Shown piece by piece: positions 53,446 through 64,000 of a DNA stretch of 64,000 nt. Within the stretch, counting starts at the first letter, position 1; every line of letters starts with the position of its first letter. A model generated the notes under the pieces. The model was not told where the DNA came from and made no database searches. It was given only the letters and a program-made list of their open reading frames with translations. A program made the translations under genes and the position numbers. Source of the DNA: Eledone cirrhosa. Its lineage: Eukaryota. Where the stretch lies: assembly GCA_964016885.1 (NCBI GenBank), contig OZ024740.1:355074001-355138000 (forward strand), written 5' to 3'.

Positions 53446-53622
53446 TATTCATCATTTGTATGTCTGTTTCCCCCCGCATACTTATTTACACACAGATAAA
53501 ATGAACAGATAAATGAACAGATAAATGAGGCCATGCCCCAGCGTGGCCTCAGCCGGATGGCTGAAACAGGTAAAAGAGTAACCAAGGTTTAATATAGCTG
53601 ATCTACTTTATATACACATACA

Positions 53623-53653
<31 letters not shown>

Positions 53654-53868
53654 ATATGTATCATTATCATGATACGTCCATATATAAATAGATATACACA
53701 TATCATCATAATCATCATCGTTTAACGTCCATCTTCCACGCTAGCATGGGTTAGACGGGAGTTGTCCCACTTGAGGCAAAGTTGGTCGGGTGACCGTGTC
53801 TCGCTCATATAGGACTATCTGGCAGGTTTTCTACGGCTGGATGCCCTTTCTAATACCAACCTACATAC

Positions 53869-53899
<31 letters not shown>

Positions 53900-54005
53900 T
53901 ATACATATATATATATAGTGTTAAATCTACATATATATATATATATATGTAGATGTAACACTTCACTGCTCGCAAGTGTTTTTTAAGCTTCATATCATGT
54001 CTCCC

Positions 54006-54076
54006 TATTTTATCTGATGAGAATGCAAATATGATCCTATGATGATATTTGTTTTTGAAATGCGCATAATAAAATA
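54006..54076 (+). ncRNA. Minimal type I hammerhead with palindromic stem III
   Basis: TATTTTAT CTGATGA GAATGCAAATAT..ATATTTGTTTTT GAAA TGCGCA TA^ATAAAATA. Confidence 0.8.
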
Positions 54077-54494
54077 CATGGAACTCTTTTAACCATCTTT
54101 TGATCTTATATTATATATATACATATATAAACATATATATATATATTATATACATACATATATACATATACAAACATATATATATTATATACATACATAT
54201 ATAGATACATATATAAACATATATATATATATTATATACATACATATATACATACATATATAAACATATATATATATTATATACATACATATATACATAC
54301 ATATATAAACATATATATATATATTATATACATACATATATACATATATAAACATATATATATATTATATACATACATATATACATATATAAACATACAT
54401 ATATATACATATATAAACATATATATATATATATTATATACATACACACACATATATATATACATATATAAACATACATACACACATGTATATA

Positions 54495-58323
<3,829 letters not shown>

Positions 58324-58611
58324 ACAGGGGTCCATATCATTCCATTGCAAAGTGGTCGTTGAGGTGCCACGGCAAAAAAGCACCCAGCACTCACTGTAAA
58401 ATGAGGTTGGTGTTAGGAAGGGCATCCAGCTGTAGAAATCAAGCCAGAATCAGTTCCTGTCCCACCCTTGCAAGCAGGGAAAAAGCGGACATAAAATGAA
58501 ATGATGATCATCATCATTTCATTTTATGTCCGCTTTTTCCCTGCTTCCTACATAACGGTTGCTCAATATTTATGGTACGTCAAAATTATTTATAAAACTG
58601 TTTATATATTG

Positions 58612-58677
58612 TATTTTATCTGAAGAAGGCATGCCATATTTTTAATATGGTATCCCCGAAATATGTATAATGAAATA
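58612..58677 (+). ncRNA. Minimal type I hammerhead
   Basis: TATTTTAT CTGAAGA AGG.ATGCCATATT-TTT-AATATGGTAT.CC GAAA TATGTA TA^ATGAAATA. Confidence 0.75.
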
Positions 58678-58804
58678 AATATGGTTTTATAAATATAGTT
58701 TCCATTTGTTTAATATCGTATATCTACTCCAAAACTTGTCGAGTGCTTTATATCAGTTATAAAATATTTACTTGTTGTAACCCAACAATTTAAAATAAAA
58801 CTTT

Positions 58805-58867
<63 letters not shown>

Positions 58868-58890
58868 ATATATTATATATATATATATAT

Positions 58891-59086
<196 letters not shown>

Positions 59087-59376
59087 AAGGCGGGTAAAAT
59101 TCCCGAGATCCATGGAAGAGTTCTCTCCAGCGGTCTCTGTCCCTCATTATCGCTGCCATGTCCTGCGTCTCCAATAGACCAGTGTCTCTCCTTAGGGCAT
59201 CAACATACGTTAACCTTGGTCTTCCTATTCTAGTGTGTCCATGTAGGGGCTCTCAAAGGAGCACTGAGTGCAATGTCAACTCTGGATGTCGGTGAGCATG
59301 TCCAGCTAACCTCAGTCTCCTCTGTGTCACTTTTGAGCTGACTTTTGGGACGCTCCCATACAGCTCTGAGTTTTTC

Positions 59377-59790
59377 ATGAATTGCAAAACGAAAAACTTG
59401 ATTTACTGTGCAACCTGCCCACAATGTAAAGAATACTACACTGGTGAAACCGGAACGGGTCTACATGACAGAGTTCGAGTACATAAACAACAAATGAGAG
59501 ATCCCTCTGTCAGAAACACCACATGCAGTGAACACTTCGCAACATGCGGAAAGGGAAAATTCACAATTTTCCCCTTCTTTAAGATATGGTCGGACAACGA
59601 ACATTTCCGAAAATATAAAGAAGAATTCTTTATTAGAAAGTACAAACCACTACTGAACTCAAAAAATGATATTCCTTCTTCAAATAACGGGATTCTCCTC
59701 CTCTCTCTTTTCTTTAAAAAATCTCATATTGAAAAAGAAAGATAGAAGTTGATGACACCTGCACTTTCAAACATTCGATCATTGAAGAGA
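59377..59790 (+). mobile_element. Fragment of a second Penelope-like family (GIY-YIG endonuclease end)
   Basis: CKTKNLIYCATCPQCKEYYTGETG..L.DRVRVH...R..KEEFFIRKYKPLLN. Confidence 0.8.
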
Positions 59791-60763
59791 AGAAAAACCC
59801 TCAGAGGTAAAATAACATTTTATTAATTCCCCCTTCCTCCCCCCAATGTATATGTGAACTTAATTACTTGAGTAGATGTGTATATATATGTGTGTGTAGA
59901 TGTGTTTGTATGTATGTTGGTGTACAGTGTGCATGTGTGTGTGTATATATGAATATATGTGTATGTATGTGCGTGTGTGTGTGTATATATATATATGTAT
60001 ATGTAATTGTGTATGTATGTACATATATGTATATATATGTATGCATATGTAGTTATATAGTAAGGTGTATTATTAGTTGTGTAAAACGGTCCAATAACTT
60101 TATGTTAGCAATATTAAGTTCTCCACGCTTTTGTATATCTTCAATTCCATTCGAGGGAACAGCTAGATGATGTAAAACGGAGTATAAGTATCAAAATGAA
60201 AATCCGAAGGCAAGGTAAAATTTCCAATCATTTTAATCACGACACATGTTTCAATAAGAGATAGATCGATCGTGAAGCCATGATCAATTATCACTGATCT
60301 CATTAGTTGAAAATGAATTGTCTTCAAATTCTTGATATGAGGGAGAAAATTAGCAGTGTTCACTTACAGAGTTTATTCCCTCATATGAAGATCAAGCAGT
60401 CAAAATACGGCGACTGCTATCAACTTCAGTTAAGGTCATAAAACTATCAAGTTTCTATATCCCAATAGCTGCAAAAGACGCTGGACATCAATCAAATGTG
60501 TAGAAATACAGTCAGTCACAGTTAATGTGAGTGGGTACACACACACTCAACACCCACACACACCGACTCGAGGTCAAAGAAAAAAAAATATATATACACA
60601 TATCAACACAGTATCAAATCTGTAGAACTATAGACGGTCACAATTAGTGTGAGTGGGTACACACACACTCTCACACACACCGAAGCGATGTCAAAGAAAT
60701 AGTAGATATAAGAATATACCAACATAGTATTCACCGAAAGTTAGTTTACAAAACAACAAATGC

Positions 60764-60892
<129 letters not shown>

Positions 60893-61113
60893 GTGTATAG
60901 TGGTAGCTATGGTGCTTCCATAGGCGGTATGTCAAAATTAGCACTCGATATTCATCAGAGTAGAGTGTAGATATTATAAAGAAAACGAAAAATCAGTGAT
61001 GCATCTGGACTTAGTTTATTTCGTGTTACAAATGTTTCGCCGGCATGTAGCTCGAGTCATGGTCCTTATATGCTTTTTATTATTACTATTATTCTTGTTG
61101 TATTATCTGGACT

Positions 61114-61415
<302 letters not shown>

Positions 61416-61418
61416 CAC

Positions 61419-61495
<77 letters not shown>

Positions 61496-61871
61496 CATAT
61501 ATATATATAAACATATATATACATATATATATATACATATATATATATATACATATATATACATATTAGAAAGTGAGGTTTTTTTTACAAAATGAAAAAT
61601 AACCGAGGTGTCCTACACGAGTGAAAGTATAAAGAAAAAGAGATGAAATCGAAAATGCAACTGGAGTCTTATTTAAAAAAAAATATATATATATATTTAT
61701 TTGGTTCCTTTACCGGTTTCGCAGTTCTTCTGCTTTTCAAAAGGTGAGTTGAGATGGAGGGTCTGTGGTTTTTCTCACATCTGGTTGGTCTCTGAATGTT
61801 ACTTGTTTTATATGGAAAAAGTGGCTCGAAATGCCAGGTTTTTCGAGAAGAAATTTGATTGGTTTGTCAAA

Positions 61872-62045
<174 letters not shown>

Positions 62046-62184
62046 CACATATATATACATACATATATATATATATACATATATATACATACATATATAT
62101 ATATATATACATATATATACATATATATATATATTCATATATATACATATATATATATACATATATATACATACATATATATAC

Positions 62185-62287
<103 letters not shown>

Positions 62288-62315
62288 TATATATATATAC
62301 ATACATATATATACA

Positions 62316-62347
<32 letters not shown>

Positions 62348-62506
62348 CATATATATATACATATACATATATATACATATATACATATATATATATATAC
62401 ATATATATACATTTATATATATATATATACATATATACATATATATATATATACATATATATACATATATATATATATACATATATATATATACATATAT
62501 ATATAC

Positions 62507-62541
<35 letters not shown>

Positions 62542-62542
62542 C

Positions 62543-62605
<63 letters not shown>

Positions 62606-62606
62606 C

Positions 62607-62730
<124 letters not shown>

Positions 62731-62736
62731 ATGTAT

Positions 62737-63900
62737 ATCTATCTACTTATATATATAACCAGCAATTTCTCTGTCTGTCTGTCCGACAGTGGAAACACGT
62801 GCTTAGAGCGAGAGTGAGAGTGAAAGAAAGAGACAGACTACGAGAGGGGGATAGCGGGAGGGAGAGAGATAGAGTGAATAGACGCTAAAACACGTGCTAT
62901 AGAAACATTACCTTCCCCTCTCCACTGACTTGACACCATTTGAAGAAGGTTGCCATTGAATTTGTGGTTGTTGCTGCTGATAATAAGGACCATTTGAAGA
63001 AGGTTGCTGCTGATGAGGTAATTTATTAATCAGATTGCGCAGTTCCATAACCTACGTTTGATTTGTTCAATTTTTGTTGTTGTTTTTTTTAATTTCTTAT
63101 TGAAAAAATATAAATAATAAAATAAGGTTAGAAATTTAAATACGATTTAATTTCCATTTCCAGCAGCCAATGTCCAGTGTTCAATTTCATGAAAAAATTG
63201 GAAATATTTAAAAAAATTGAAGTTTAACTTTTGAACATTTGTTTTGACAATAAAAAAATATTTCCTTATTCACACCTAATGGTATGATTAAAATTTCATA
63301 GGAATATTTTTTCTAACCTCCAGTTATTTAAATATTATTAAAAATAAATTTTATTTTTAAAAGAATGGAAGATTTTGTGGATTTTTTTACCACCTTCCAA
63401 GCCTTAAACACTAATTCTCGCGAATTTGTGTTTTGTAATGACCCTCAGAACGCTGCTATTGTTGATTACAATAGTACCTGGTATTCGAATATGTTAGTAT
63501 ACAATTTTTTGAATAAAATTAAGGCGCAATTAGAGCTGCCAAACAAAATTTTTTTCGGCTTCGGCCCATATTATTTTTGGGAAAATTCTATTTGCTCTAA
63601 TGAGTCTGCCTCTGTTGGCGTTATTTGCGACAGTCACCATTTCTTGACTTTGAAGTCTCCTTATAATATATAACCAGCAATTTCTCTGTCTGTCTGTCCG
63701 ACAGTGGAAACACGTGCGCGCGTGGTTGCTATATATCTCTCTCTCCAGCTATCCCTCTCTTTTAGTCTGTCTGTTTCTCTCACTCTCACTCTTTCTCTTT
63801 GTAACACACTAACATTCCTCCCCTCTATCGCTGTGACGAATGGGGAGATGGAGGAGGAGGAGGAGGAGAGAGTCACTTCGTCACTTCACCTCTGCCTTTC
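62737..63900 (+). mobile_element. Putative non-autonomous Helitron-like element with duplicated 5' module (62752-62803, 63668-63718)
   Basis: TCTAC..ATATATAACCAGC...(TCTG)n start is repeated; family not confirmed. Confidence 0.4.
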
Positions 63901-64000
63901 TTTCTCTCCCCTCTCACTCCCTCATTACGTACAGACATTAGGGCGGTGGATTGGCAGAATCTGTAGAGAGTCGGACACCATGCTTCATAGCATGGAGTTA

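Overview
AT-rich, repeat-dense animal genomic DNA. The SINE/LINE/(TA)n repertoire suggests an octopod cephalopod (inference). Two spliced housekeeping genes lie head-to-head. PUM3/Puf-A is on the minus strand, with 10 coding exons at 79-15362, and runs off the window. A complete AK3 (mitochondrial GTP:AMP phosphotransferase) is on the plus strand, with 5 exons at 17642-43225 encoding 223 aa. Mobile DNA includes a near-intact Naiad-type Penelope-like element (PLE) with an inverted terminal repeat in AK3 intron 1, a deleted Gypsy LTR element, an intact RTE LINE ORF with a PHD-like finger inside the RT, and many SINEs and MITEs. The main unexplained signal is a dense set of hammerhead ribozyme (HHR) motifs, mostly next to (TA)n tracts. 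The PLE repeats carry a hammerhead with the non-canonical U3:A8 core (UUGAGAA). A 317-bp tandem 'retrozyme'-like array (50111-51299) carries a second U3:A8 hammerhead (UUGAUAA). Several other unrelated hammerhead mini-elements lie at 48-61 kb. Several of these insertions share one architecture: a minus-strand left arm and a plus-strand right arm, with both 3' ends pointing outward into TA repeats. All structures were folded by eye, and ribozyme activity is untested.
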